NCBI GenBank assembly: GCA_965233865.1
Contig: OZ247587.1
Location: 1,728,001-1,792,000, forward strand
Length of the DNA stretch: 64,000 bases
Direction: 5' to 3'
Source: Candidatus Neptunichlamydia sp.
GTDB taxonomy: Bacteria; Chlamydiota; Chlamydiia; Chlamydiales; Simkaniaceae
Part shown: positions 1 through 9,328 of the stretch, piece by piece
How positions within the stretch are numbered: the stretch's first letter is position 1
Layout of the letters: the number at the start of each line of letters is the position of its first letter
The notes under the pieces: model-generated
Seen by the model: only the letters and a program-made list of their open reading frames with translations
The model's database searches: none
Told to the model about the DNA's origin: nothing
Position numbers and translations under genes: made by a program

Positions 1-1
1 T

Positions 2-2185
2 TTAGATAGATGTAAGGATTTCTTGTTTATCTTTAGCAAGGGAGTCTTCGAGAAAATGTTGAAGGCCCGTGTAACGGGTCTTCACATTATCGGTCTTGAC
101 TGCGATAGCTAATGCTTTTTTTGTGCCTAGGAGGATGACGAGTTTTTTGCCGCGGGTGATCCCTGTATAGAGGAGATTACGGAAAAGGAGCTTGAAGTGT
201 GAGGTGTGAACGGGAATAATGACACAGGGGCATTCACTTCCTTGATATTTGTGGATCGAGACGGCATAGGCAAGCATAAGCTCATCGATATCGCAGAAAT
301 CGTATTGCACATCTTTTCCTTCGAAGGTCACGGTGAGTTCTTGCTCTTCCATGTTAATCGCTGTAATGCGACCAACATCGCCGTTATAGACTTTTTTATC
401 GTAGTTATTCCGAATTTGCATCACTTTGTCGTGGATGTTAAAGTGGCGACCCAATCGAACAAGATGCAGGGATTGAGGATTCAATCTCTGTTGAAGCGCA
501 TGGTTAAGATTGTCTGTTCCAATGATCCCTTTTTTCATTGGAGAGAGGACCTGGATATCATCAATGGGATTGAGGGGGAACTTTTCGGGGATATGATGCT
601 CAATAAGCTGGATTATTTTTTCGAGAATTTCATCAGGAGATTCGACGTTAAAAAAGACAAAATCGCTCCCTTGTTCATGCTCAGTTTCAGGAAAGTAGCC
701 TGCATTAATCCGGTGGGCATTGGCAACGATGCGAGATCCTTTTCCTTGGCGAAAGATCCACTTGAGGCGAGAGACAGGGAGCGTTTCAGAATAGATCATA
801 TCCTTCAAAACAGTTCCTGCTCCAACGCTTGGGAGCTGATCGATGTCGCCAATAAAAATAAGTCGAGTTTCATCGGGAATTGCTTTTAGGAGGCTATACA
901 TTAAGAGGGTGTCGATCATGCTTGCTTCATCAATGATGATGAGTCGAGAAGTCAGAGGGTTATCGCGATTTTTTTTGAAACCTCCTCCATTGAAGTCAAA
1001 TTCTAGAAGACTATGAATCGTGAAGGCTTTTTTACCTGTGATTTCACTCATCCGTTTTGCGGCGCGTCCAGTGGGAGCGGCGAGAGTGATTTTGTCGGTC
1101 ACTTTAGAAGTAATCGAAAGGATGGCTCGGGTGATTGTGCTCTTTCCTGTCCCAGGTCCCCCTGTAACGATATGGATTTTTTCTTCGAGGCTTTTTTCAA
1201 TCGCCAGTTTTTGTGCTTTAGCAAAGCGGATCCGGTGTGTTTCTTGCGCCCAGTCGACTGCTTTGTCAAGCGTAACGGTGCGGATTTTGCAAGGGGCTTT
1301 ATAGATCCTTTGGAGTTCTCGTGCGATACCCCACTCTGCATTATATAAAGGGCGGACCCAGATATGGGGTTTACCATTCAAGGTGTCTTCTATGATGTGA
1401 CCTTCCATCTCAAGAGCACCGATCTGCTCAGCAATAAGTAATCCATCGACTTCGAGAATCTTTTCTGCTTCGGGGATGAAGGCTTCTTTTAAGTAACAGA
1501 CGTTTCCGTCATTGCTTAGCTCCCAAAGAACATGTTCAATGCCTGCTTTAATCCGAAGAGGGGAATCTTTGGTAATGCCGAGGTTTTGGGCAAGCTCATC
1601 AGCTGTTTTAAAGCCAACGCCGTAGATTTCTTTCGCAAGAATGTAAGGATTTTCCTTTACCTTTTCAATACTCTCTTCGCCATATTTCTTAAAAATCTTT
1701 TGCGCAAAAGAGGGGCGGACTTGGTGGGTCTGCAAAAAAATCATTACATTGCGGATGGATTTTTGTTCGCTCCAACAGTCCTCAATTTTTTTGATTCTTT
1801 TGGCCCCGATTCCAGGGACTTCGGTGAGTCTGTGAGGGTGTTTATCGATGATTTCAAGGGTTTTGACTCCAAAGGTTTCAACAATGCGCTTGGCATAAAC
1901 GGGTCCAACCCCTTTGACCATCCCTGACTCTAAATATTTCTGAATTCCCAACACATCAACGGGAGCTGTTAGCTCGAAGTTTTGCACTTCAAATTGCCTG
2001 CCATGACGGGTATGATGTTTCCAAATACCGCGGCAATGAAGGGTTTCTCCAGGGCTGATCCCTGGCATCGAACCGACGATAGTGATTAGATCTTTTTGTT
2101 TGGGCGTCTTAAGTCGTGCCACGGTGAAACCCGTTTCTTCACTTGCAAAAACGATGGTGTCGATATATCCACTGAGTTGATCCAT
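2..2185 (-). CDS. recD2: ATP-dependent RecD2-like SF1B DNA helicase
   Basis: HhH motifs (VKGVG, VPGIG), Walker A GGPGTGKS, IIIDEASM, GDIDQLPSVG, HKYQGSE; ATG at 2185 preferred over TTG 2191. Confidence 0.95.
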   Translation of the reverse strand: MDQLSGYIDTIVFASEETGFTVARLKTPKQKDLITIVGSMPGISPGETLHCRGIWKHHTRHGRQFEVQNFELTAPVDVLGIQKYLESGMVKGVGPVYAKRIVETFGVKTLEIIDKHPHRLTEVPGIGAKRIKKIEDCWSEQKSIRNVMIFLQTHQVRPSFAQKIFKKYGEESIEKVKENPYILAKEIYGVGFKTADELAQNLGITKDSPLRIKAGIEHVLWELSNDGNVCYLKEAFIPEAEKILEVDGLLIAEQIGALEMEGHIIEDTLNGKPHIWVRPLYNAEWGIARELQRIYKAPCKIRTVTLDKAVDWAQETHRIRFAKAQKLAIEKSLEEKIHIVTGGPGTGKSTITRAILSITSKVTDKITLAAPTGRAAKRMSEITGKKAFTIHSLLEFDFNGGGFKKNRDNPLTSRLIIIDEASMIDTLLMYSLLKAIPDETRLIFIGDIDQLPSVGAGTVLKDMIYSETLPVSRLKWIFRQGKGSRIVANAHRINAGYFPETEHEQGSDFVFFNVESPDEILEKIIQLIEHHIPEKFPLNPIDDIQVLSPMKKGIIGTDNLNHALQQRLNPQSLHLVRLGRHFNIHDKVMQIRNNYDKKVYNGDVGRITAINMEEQELTVTFEGKDVQYDFCDIDELMLAYAVSIHKYQGSECPCVIIPVHTSHFKLLFRNLLYTGITRGKKLVILLGTKKALAIAVKTDNVKTRYTGLQHFLEDSLAKDKQEILTSI

Positions 2186-2239
2186 AGCCAAACATCTTAA
2201 CCGAACTGATCCAGTTTGAATACAAAAATTTTAGACCCC

Positions 2240-2268
2240 TTGATCTAAAATCTTGAAGAGGTTATGAT
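2240..2268 (+). promoter_or_regulatory. Putative sigma66/sigma70 promoter of tRNA-Asn
   Basis: TTGATC-N17-TATGAT ending 12 nt upstream of the tRNA. Confidence 0.55.
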
Positions 2269-2280
2269 AATCGTCTCTGT

Positions 2281-2352
2281 TCCGGATTAGCTCAGCGGTA
2301 GAGCAGTAGACTGTTAATCTATTGGTCGCTGGTTCGAATCCAGCATCCGGAG
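2281..2352 (+). tRNA. tRNA-Asn(GTT)
   Basis: Acceptor stem TCCGGAT/ATCCGGA, D-arm TAGCTCAGCGGTAGAGC, anticodon loop CTGTTAA, T-loop GGTTCGAATCC; CCA not encoded. Confidence 0.97.
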
Positions 2353-2440
2353 TTTTTTTTCATCTCGTTCATCTAGAAGCTCTTGTAAGTAACTTAAACG
2401 TCAGGAGACATTATGAAAAAAACCTTCTATAACCCTAAAA

Positions 2441-2461
2441 TTCCGCAATTTTTACGCAACT
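2441..2461 (+). repeat. 21-bp direct repeat copy 1 (TTCCGCAATTTTTACGCAACT)
   Basis: Identical to 4483-4503. Confidence 0.9.
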
Positions 2462-2500
2462 AGTCTGAATCAATCAGAGCAATTGCGTTAGATTCTTATC

Positions 2501-3934
2501 TTGATTCAAAACACCCTAAAGCAATTTAACCTGAATTTCAAAGACCAACATGTCTTGGGACGCTATAGCGAAGCTTTATTACGTGCTGCTATTGATGATT
2601 TGAATGCGTATCGTTCATGGGATAAAGAAGTCTATAATATTGCAGCTTTTCTTATGGGACGGTGCAAAGCGCATCAAAAAAACAGTAAAGTTAGAGAACA
2701 AAAAGCAATCCCGAGCAACATTAAGGAATGGCTTACAGGCTATTTTAAAGCCCGCAAAAGAAAATTTGTTTTTATCAGCAAAGGAAATCAGGTTGATCAG
2801 TCAACAAACGAATCTAGACCGTTTATTCAACTTTTATGGCACAAACACGATATTCATAGGTTGTGTTGAGAAATTTACTTTAACCATTGGAGAGCCGCGA
2901 TAAAATGAAGGAATGCCTTGAACCTTGATGCTAACTTCTCGAACCGAGAAAACAATCGTCTATAATGTTTGAGGAAGCCAAATAAACATTCGATTTTGTG
3001 TCGTTCTTTATATATGTCTTTATCATGCTCTCGATGATCAATGCGATTTTTCTTTGAGGGAATGATGGCAACAGCTCCGATGCTCTTTACATGATCAATG
3101 ATTGCATTGCTGTCGTAGCCTTTGTCAGCCAATAATCTTTTGTAATCCCTACCTTTGAGCAAAGGAATAGCTTGATGACAATCAGCTGCTTGAGCACCTG
3201 TTAAAATAAAATCAAGTGGATTACCTAATGCATCACAGATACTATGGATTTTAGTCGTAAAACCTCCACAGGACGGACCTAAGGCCTGCTCGTCTTGACC
3301 TCCGGTTTTTTTTTATTGGCTCCTGCGGCACAGGCATGAGCGCGGAGGACTGTACTGTCGATCATAATATATTCCATGTCTGGATCATTTGAAAAATAGT
3401 AGAGCATCTTGTACCACACACCATGTTCAGCCCAGTCTGCAAAACGATGATAGACGGCATTCCAGTCTCCATATTCCTTTGGTAGCAAGCCATTGTGCTC
3501 CGCTCTTGGCAATCCAAAATACAGCCTCTACAAAGCAACGAGTTTTCTCTTTGTTATTTGTGTGTATTTTAGGGTAATTACTCAGATATTCGTAAAGTTT
3601 CGACCAGGCGTGGTCATTTATTTTATGCGGGTATAGCATATAGATCTCCTTCTTCAGGAAGTCAGCTTGCACCATTTATGGAAATTTCTCAACACAACCT
3701 AACGAAGAACAAAAAGTTTATTGGTTCAAAACTACAAGAAAAGACCAAATAACAATTGTCTTTATTGTTTCTATATATGAAGAATCTGCAAACATAATTA
3801 TAAAAAACTCTTCTATAGATATAGCAGGAATTAGTTTGAAGAACTGTTCTGAGATTAGAATATTAGACCAAGAAAAAAATGTTTGGAAATCTTACACCCC
3901 AATAGTGAAGGAAGGTGTTTTTTATCTTTACTAA
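2501..3934 (+). pseudogene. Hypothetical ~196-aa ORF split by an IS5 element
   Basis: Removing 2859-3699 plus one TA joins ...HKHDIH to NEEQKVYWFK... in frame up to TAA at 3932-3934. Confidence 0.7.
2859..3699 (-). mobile_element. IS5-family element (IS427-like) with frameshifted transposase
   Basis: Perfect 18-bp terminal IRs GGTTGTGTTGAGAAATTT, flanked by TA on both sides; transposase motifs IDST, ADKGYDS, YKERHKIE spread over three ORF pieces. Confidence 0.93.
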
Positions 3935-4092
3935 GCACTTCAATTCTTGATTACAATGAATAAGATAAATTTTAGGAAAAAGCTCCGGTCGATGGTATAC
4001 CGAACATGCTTTAGAAAAAATAGACAGAATATGAGCAACAGTGGAAAGAAGACCAGAAAACAAAGAATGAATTAAGTAAAGAGAACTAGAAT

Positions 4093-4464
4093 ATGCAACC
4101 CGTTAATAATCAAAAATATACATGTTGTATTTGTTTGGACGATATTTCTTCCCATTTATATGAGATTAAACAATGTCCGACAGCACTGAGATGTGGGCAT
4201 GTATTTCATCTCTCTTGTGTCAATGAATGGTTTAAGGGAAAATTGAATTGCCCTTTATGTCGCGAAAGAATGTCGGTCATGAAGATTTCTGGCCCAATCA
4301 CCTTTGAGTCTATTCGCCGACTTGAGAGGAGAGAGAGACGTGAAGATACTCCTTTTATGACAGCATTGCGAGTGATGTACGCAGTTATTTACTTAGGGGT
4401 ACTTGCAAAAATTATATTCTCTAAGTCCAGACCTCCTGCAAAAATCATCAAGCCGATTTCCTAA
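4093..4464 (+). CDS. RING-H2 zinc-finger protein with C-terminal membrane anchor (putative E3 ubiquitin ligase effector)
   Basis: CCICLD...CGHVFHLSCVNEW...CPLCR = C3H2C3; hydrophobic segment ALRVMYAVIYLGVLAKIIF followed by a basic tail. Confidence 0.85.
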   Translation: MQPVNNQKYTCCICLDDISSHLYEIKQCPTALRCGHVFHLSCVNEWFKGKLNCPLCRERMSVMKISGPITFESIRRLERRERREDTPFMTALRVMYAVIYLGVLAKIIFSKSRPPAKIIKPIS

Positions 4465-4482
4465 ATAGGAACCGTTTCTATT

Positions 4483-4503
4483 TTCCGCAATTTTTACGCA
4501 ACT
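4483..4503 (+). repeat. 21-bp direct repeat copy 2
   Basis: Identical to 2441-2461. Confidence 0.9.
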
Positions 4504-4618
4504 GAGTGGAAAATGAGAGAACATTTTAGAACAAGTCCGAATAGCTTCTGAATTTTCTTGCGAGAAAAACGTCGTTCTGGTTTACCCACGTGTGTTCAGA
4601 GTTTTTTGGTGGATAGAT

Positions 4619-4659
4619 CTGTTAATCTATTGGTCGCTGGTTCGAACCAGCATCCGGAG
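4619..4659 (+). repeat. Duplicated 3' half of tRNA-Asn (att junction)
   Basis: CTGTTAATCTATTGGTCGCTGGTTCGAA-CCAGCATCCGGAG matches 2311-2352 with a 1-nt deletion. Confidence 0.92.
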
Positions 4660-4662
4660 AAT

Positions 4663-4688
4663 AGGCCTGACTTTCGTCGGGCCTTTTT
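4663..4688 (+). terminator. Rho-independent terminator, probably the original tRNA-Asn terminator
   Basis: AGGCCTGAC-TTTC-GTCGGGCCT followed by a T run, directly after the tRNA fragment. Confidence 0.8.
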
Positions 4689-4850
4689 ATTTCTCCGGAA
4701 TACTACCTATTTTCCTCTATAGCTTTTTAAATCACTTGCAACCACTTAGGGTTTAGAGTTGCATATGATTTCCTGATAAAGTGTCGATGTGGTACTATTG
4801 TTCTCAATGGGAAAATATGATTCAATAGTGCTTAGGTTGAGTAGGAATCT

Positions 4851-5924
4851 ATGAAAATGAAGCGTGTAAAGTTTGACATAGAAAATGCCAATTTTTTTGG
4901 TGAAATTAAAGGGAAAGTAGAAAACTACTTTTGTTCTAATAAAGTCTATCGATCTGGAAATTATAAAATTTACATAAAATCTATTTTATTTATGTCAGTT
5001 TTATTACTCTCTTATTCAACAATTATTTTTTTAACAGTTCCTGTAGGGGTTTTAGCATGCCTTTATATTCTTTTGGGGATGGTATTTGCTGGGATAGGCT
5101 TTAACATTATGCACGATGGTGGTCATGGAAGCTATTCCCAAAAAAATTGGTTAAATAAAATAGCAGGATATTCACTCAATTTAATGGGTGGCAACATTTT
5201 CCTTTGGAAAATCAAACACAATTATAATCACCACACTTATACAAATATTAAAGGTATGGATGATGATATAGATATCGATCCATGGATGAGGACTCATTCA
5301 ACGCAACCAAATCATTGGTATCATCGCTATCAGCATATTTATGCCTTAGCATTATATGGATTAACACATTTTAACTGGGTGTTTGTAAGTGATCTAAAAA
5401 GCTATTTTTCAAAAAAAATTGGAAGCACTAAGTTACCGAACATGAATCTTAAAGAGCATTTCATTTTTTGGATAAGTAAAGCCGTATTTGTCAGTCTTTT
5501 ACTTATTATTCCTATTGTCCAAATTGGATTCTGGAAGGCAATAATAGGATTCACTATAATGTCATTTGTTTGCGGTTGTATTTTGGGCACAACTTTTCAA
5601 TTAGCGCATTTAGTAGAAGGCACTGAATTCCCTATACCCTCAGAAAATTCTAATAAAATTGAAAAAAACTGGGCTCTACATCAAATTGCTACTACAGCTA
5701 ATTTTGCAACAAAAAACAAATTTATTTTTTGGTTCACTGGGGGGTTAAACTTTCAGGTGGTCCATCATCTCTTTCCTAGGCTTAGCCATATTCATTATCC
5801 AGAAATCAATAAAATAATCAGGGACACATGTCGTAAATATAACATAATATATACTGAGCACTCAGGCTTTTGGAGTGCTTTGCATTCACACTTTTTGTTC
5901 TTAAAAGGTATGAGAGCACACTAA
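4851..5924 (+). CDS. Membrane-bound fatty acyl-CoA/acyl-lipid desaturase (delta-6-like)
   Basis: Histidine boxes HDGGH, HNYNHH, QVVHHLFP; several TM segments. Confidence 0.92.
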   Translation: MKMKRVKFDIENANFFGEIKGKVENYFCSNKVYRSGNYKIYIKSILFMSVLLLSYSTIIFLTVPVGVLACLYILLGMVFAGIGFNIMHDGGHGSYSQKNWLNKIAGYSLNLMGGNIFLWKIKHNYNHHTYTNIKGMDDDIDIDPWMRTHSTQPNHWYHRYQHIYALALYGLTHFNWVFVSDLKSYFSKKIGSTKLPNMNLKEHFIFWISKAVFVSLLLIIPIVQIGFWKAIIGFTIMSFVCGCILGTTFQLAHLVEGTEFPIPSENSNKIEKNWALHQIATTANFATKNKFIFWFTGGLNFQVVHHLFPRLSHIHYPEINKIIRDTCRKYNIIYTEHSGFWSALHSHFLFLKGMRAH

Positions 5925-6127
5925 CATTGAAATCCAAATAAGACATTCCCTTCTTCAGAAATTCATTAAAGAGTTTTTGGGATAAATATCCTTTATCTCT
6001 AAATAGCTTTCCCTGAATTTTTCCTGTAACAAGATTAGTGACAGGTAATATAAAAAAAACTCCTTTTTGATTTCGACAAAAAAAAACTCTCTCGTTACAC
6101 TTCGAATATATTCTTTGGAGATAATGG

Positions 6128-6697
6128 ATGAAATGGACACTCTTTCTTTTAGCATTACTTTTAACAGGATGTGCCTCTTATAAAGCTAGTAATCTTTCCG
6201 CCCTTGATCCGTACTCTGTACGAAACTATCCGGAGATTGATGGGATGCATATTGGCTGCAAGGCCTTTACCAAAGAGGATTGCTTAACCTATCTCGGCCG
6301 CAATGTGATTGAGAAAGGATATCAACCAATTCAACTCACCTTTCAAAATACGACTGACAAAACTTATATTTTCTCTTCAAAGGAAATTAGCATCCCCTGC
6401 ACCAATACTCAAGAAGTGGCCCAGTCAGTCTATACTTCGACTTTGGGAAGAGTTGTAGGCTACAGCCTTCTTGTATTTCCTGCAATTGTCGATGGTGTAA
6501 AGTCAATGAAGGCCAACTCCAGTCTCAATGAAGACTTTCATGAAAAGGCTTGTGAGCATTTTATTATCCCCCCAGGCTCGTATAAAAAGGCGTTAATTTT
6601 TGTCCCTCGTGCGCACTATCATCCAATTTTTGATCTTTCCCTTCTTGAGCAGGAAACAGGCAAGCACAAAACAATTGGCCTCTCTTTAGTTAAATAA
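6128..6697 (+). CDS. Hypothetical lipoprotein
   Basis: Signal peptide with lipobox LLTG-C; GGAG RBS. Confidence 0.8.
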   Translation: MKWTLFLLALLLTGCASYKASNLSALDPYSVRNYPEIDGMHIGCKAFTKEDCLTYLGRNVIEKGYQPIQLTFQNTTDKTYIFSSKEISIPCTNTQEVAQSVYTSTLGRVVGYSLLVFPAIVDGVKSMKANSSLNEDFHEKACEHFIIPPGSYKKALIFVPRAHYHPIFDLSLLEQETGKHKTIGLSLVK

Positions 6698-6792
6698 TTT
6701 TTTAATTATTATCTACAGTGAAGAATTAATATTTATCTTTCTTTAGGTGGCTACATGCCTTTGGATCATTGTATTTATGGTAGATCCGCTAT

Positions 6793-7917
6793 CTAGTGGG
6801 CAAGTGGAACGTTCCAATAGGGGTGGGTGAGGTCTTTTTCATATTGACCGGTTTTCTCATCATAGATCCGCGGTGGATTGATATTGGGGCCGTACTTGTA
6901 TTGGATAAAACGGGCAGTTTTGTTGGGAACAGGGACTTCGATGCCATCAAAGACACCTTTCTTCAATGGAAATATAACATCAAAGGGGATAGGAGACATT
7001 TGACTCCGTTCTCTTTCTTTCCATGCTTCTGCCATGAAGTTGCTATCAAGATGTGCAACAATGTAGGTGATTGTTTTTTTAGTGGGATCAATATCATTAC
7101 AATAGATATCAATGTGGTTTTGACTTTCTTTTACGTAGACACGGATGTAGCTGCCGGGACGTCCTCGGCTTGACCAATCTTGAGAAGCAAACTTTTTAGA
7201 GTCAAGATTTTTAAGGACATTTTTAGCATTTTGAAAATCATCGACAAGAATAGAAAGATCGAGGTCATTATCCCATGGGATAACTCCTCCGTGTCGATAG
7301 GTTCCGATACATGTGCCGCAATCAACCCAGAAGGGAATCCTAGCTTCTGAAAAGAGTTTAGAGATTTCAACAAGGGCTTTTTTATCGGGAGCTAGATTGT
7401 TTTCATCACCTGGGCGGCGTTCATACCCTTGAGAGACGCACACTTCTCCTTCTCTCCAGTCAGTAGTATCGATGCCAAGGGCGTGGAATTGCTTAAGATT
7501 TGAGAGTACTTTAGTGGAACTGAAGTGGGCTTTTAGAGCGATGTGGCGCGCCTTGACCTCATGATTAAAGAGAGCAATTCCTTTTATAGTACATCCTAAA
7601 AAAATTCCTGGCGTGAAAAATATTAGGGCTATAGGAGAATAGAGTCGTTTTTTAGTTTTGTATTGAAACCGTTGCTTTATCTCAAACTCTTGGCCATTAA
7701 AACTTACACTTTTTCCTTCGCAGAGGTATTGAGTTGGCATGAGCAGGGCATTTGCAAATTTTTCAAGACCCCGAGCCTCTTCAAAAGAGGTGTTGATTAC
7801 AACATTTTCGGAAAGGCTGTGATAGTAACTGACCAAAACCATTCCGATTTGTAGAAAAACGCCAGTAGTCCCAGGAAAAAGCTTACATATTTTTGGAAAT
7901 ATATCTATGATAGCCAT
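6793..7917 (-). CDS. LicD/fukutin-family phosphotransferase
   Basis: WVDCGTCIGTYRHGGVIPWDNDLDL motif and C-terminal FDG..VPVP...YG. Confidence 0.85.
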   Translation of the reverse strand: MAIIDIFPKICKLFPGTTGVFLQIGMVLVSYYHSLSENVVINTSFEEARGLEKFANALLMPTQYLCEGKSVSFNGQEFEIKQRFQYKTKKRLYSPIALIFFTPGIFLGCTIKGIALFNHEVKARHIALKAHFSSTKVLSNLKQFHALGIDTTDWREGEVCVSQGYERRPGDENNLAPDKKALVEISKLFSEARIPFWVDCGTCIGTYRHGGVIPWDNDLDLSILVDDFQNAKNVLKNLDSKKFASQDWSSRGRPGSYIRVYVKESQNHIDIYCNDIDPTKKTITYIVAHLDSNFMAEAWKERERSQMSPIPFDVIFPLKKGVFDGIEVPVPNKTARFIQYKYGPNINPPRIYDEKTGQYEKDLTHPYWNVPLAH

Positions 7918-7947
7918 ACTCGTGCATTTTACATAATAACCAATTTA

Positions 7948-8412
7948 TTGGAAATGGCCCTTCAAGTTTTTTTAGAAGCTCCCGAGGGATTTATCTCAGA
8001 TCTAACTGTTGTAGGGTGCTATTGTCAGTACCAGGACACTTTTCTGCTTCTCAAACGCCATCCCCAATGTTTTTCAGGTGAAAAATGGTGTCTTCCTGGG
8101 GGGAAACTCAATGAAGAAGAGTCTCGTATTGAAGGAGCGCGGCGAGAGTTACATGAAGAAGCGGGAGTCGCGTTGCTTCCAAAGGATCTTTCTCACTTTC
8201 TCACATTTTATTTTGACCGGGGGGATTTGAAATATGATTTCACTGTTTATCATTGCACTTTTGAAAAGAGACCTACGCTTCAGATTCATTTAAAGGAACA
8301 CACTGAAGGAAGATGGGTGACTCATGAAGAAGCTATAGCTTTTCCATTGATAGCTGGGGGACGTGAAGTTCTAGACTATTGCTTGCAAAAGAGAGGTGAT
8401 TTGAGTATTTAG
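7948..8412 (+). CDS. NUDIX hydrolase
   Basis: Nudix box GGKLNEEESRIEGARRELHEEAG. Confidence 0.9.
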   Translation: MEMALQVFLEAPEGFISDLTVVGCYCQYQDTFLLLKRHPQCFSGEKWCLPGGKLNEEESRIEGARRELHEEAGVALLPKDLSHFLTFYFDRGDLKYDFTVYHCTFEKRPTLQIHLKEHTEGRWVTHEEAIAFPLIAGGREVLDYCLQKRGDLSI

Positions 8413-8430
8413 AGATAAAGGAGTCTACTT

Positions 8431-9231
8431 ATGACAAAATTACTCGAAGGCCAAAAAGCACTTGTAACAGGTTCTAGTTCAGGAATCGGGCGTGGAGTTG
8501 CTATCGCACTTGCAAAAGCGGGTGCGGATGTAGTTGTGAACTATGCAGGCAATAGGGAAAAAGCCGAAGCAGTTGCTGATGAAGTTTCCAAGCTTGGGGG
8601 AAAGGTTCTCATTGCAAAGGCAGATGTTTCAAATGAAGAAGATGTTCAAGCGATGTTTCAGCTTATGATTAAAGAGTTTGGAACGATTGATATCTTAGTT
8701 AACAATGCTGGTCTTCAACAAGATTCTCCTTTTGCCGAAATGACCCTCGATAAATGGAACAAAGTTATTGGAATTAATCTTACAGGACAATTTCTATGTG
8801 CCCGTGAAGCAGTTCGTGAGTTTAACCGAAGAGGAATGCGAGATGTTTCTTGCGCCTTGGGAAAAATTATCTGCATGAGCTCAGTACACGAAATGATCCC
8901 CTGGTCTGGACACGCTAATTATGCAACTTCCAAAGGGGGAATTATGCTCATGATGAAAAGTATTGCTCAAGAGTTAGCTCCTCAGAAAATTCGTGTCAAC
9001 AGTATTTGCCCAGGAGCAATCAAGACTCCGATCAATAAAGAAGCCTGGGAAACTCCCGAAGCTCTAGAAGAACTGATGAATGTGATCCCTTATAAACGGA
9101 TTGGTCAAGTTGAGGACATTGGTAATACGGCTGTTTGGCTTGCCTCAGATTTAGCCGACTATGTCAATGGAACCAGTATTTTTGTTGATGGAGGAATGAC
9201 ACTTTTCCCAGGCTTTAGCACAAACGGGTAG
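8431..9231 (+). CDS. Glucose 1-dehydrogenase-like SDR oxidoreductase
   Basis: TGSSSGIG, NNAG, SSVHEMIPW, YATSK, VDGGMTL. Confidence 0.88.
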   Translation: MTKLLEGQKALVTGSSSGIGRGVAIALAKAGADVVVNYAGNREKAEAVADEVSKLGGKVLIAKADVSNEEDVQAMFQLMIKEFGTIDILVNNAGLQQDSPFAEMTLDKWNKVIGINLTGQFLCAREAVREFNRRGMRDVSCALGKIICMSSVHEMIPWSGHANYATSKGGIMLMMKSIAQELAPQKIRVNSICPGAIKTPINKEAWETPEALEELMNVIPYKRIGQVEDIGNTAVWLASDLADYVNGTSIFVDGGMTLFPGFSTNG

Positions 9232-9328
9232 TGATTTGAAAATTACTTCGGAGTGTCTTCTAGGGCGTTGCTCTGTAACCGATATCTGAGGAAGTTCCTC
9301 CCAATATATTCGCCGCAAGCAAGATAGG

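Larger units (their letters stand above)
2353..4659. mobile_element. Degenerate genomic islet integrated in tRNA-Asn
   Basis: Bounded by the full tRNA and a direct copy of its 3' half at 4619-4659; no integrase inside. Confidence 0.8.

Noticed and set aside
4612..4659. Second tRNA-Asn gene
   Set aside because: Lacks the 5' acceptor strand and D-arm and has a T-loop deletion; it is an att remnant
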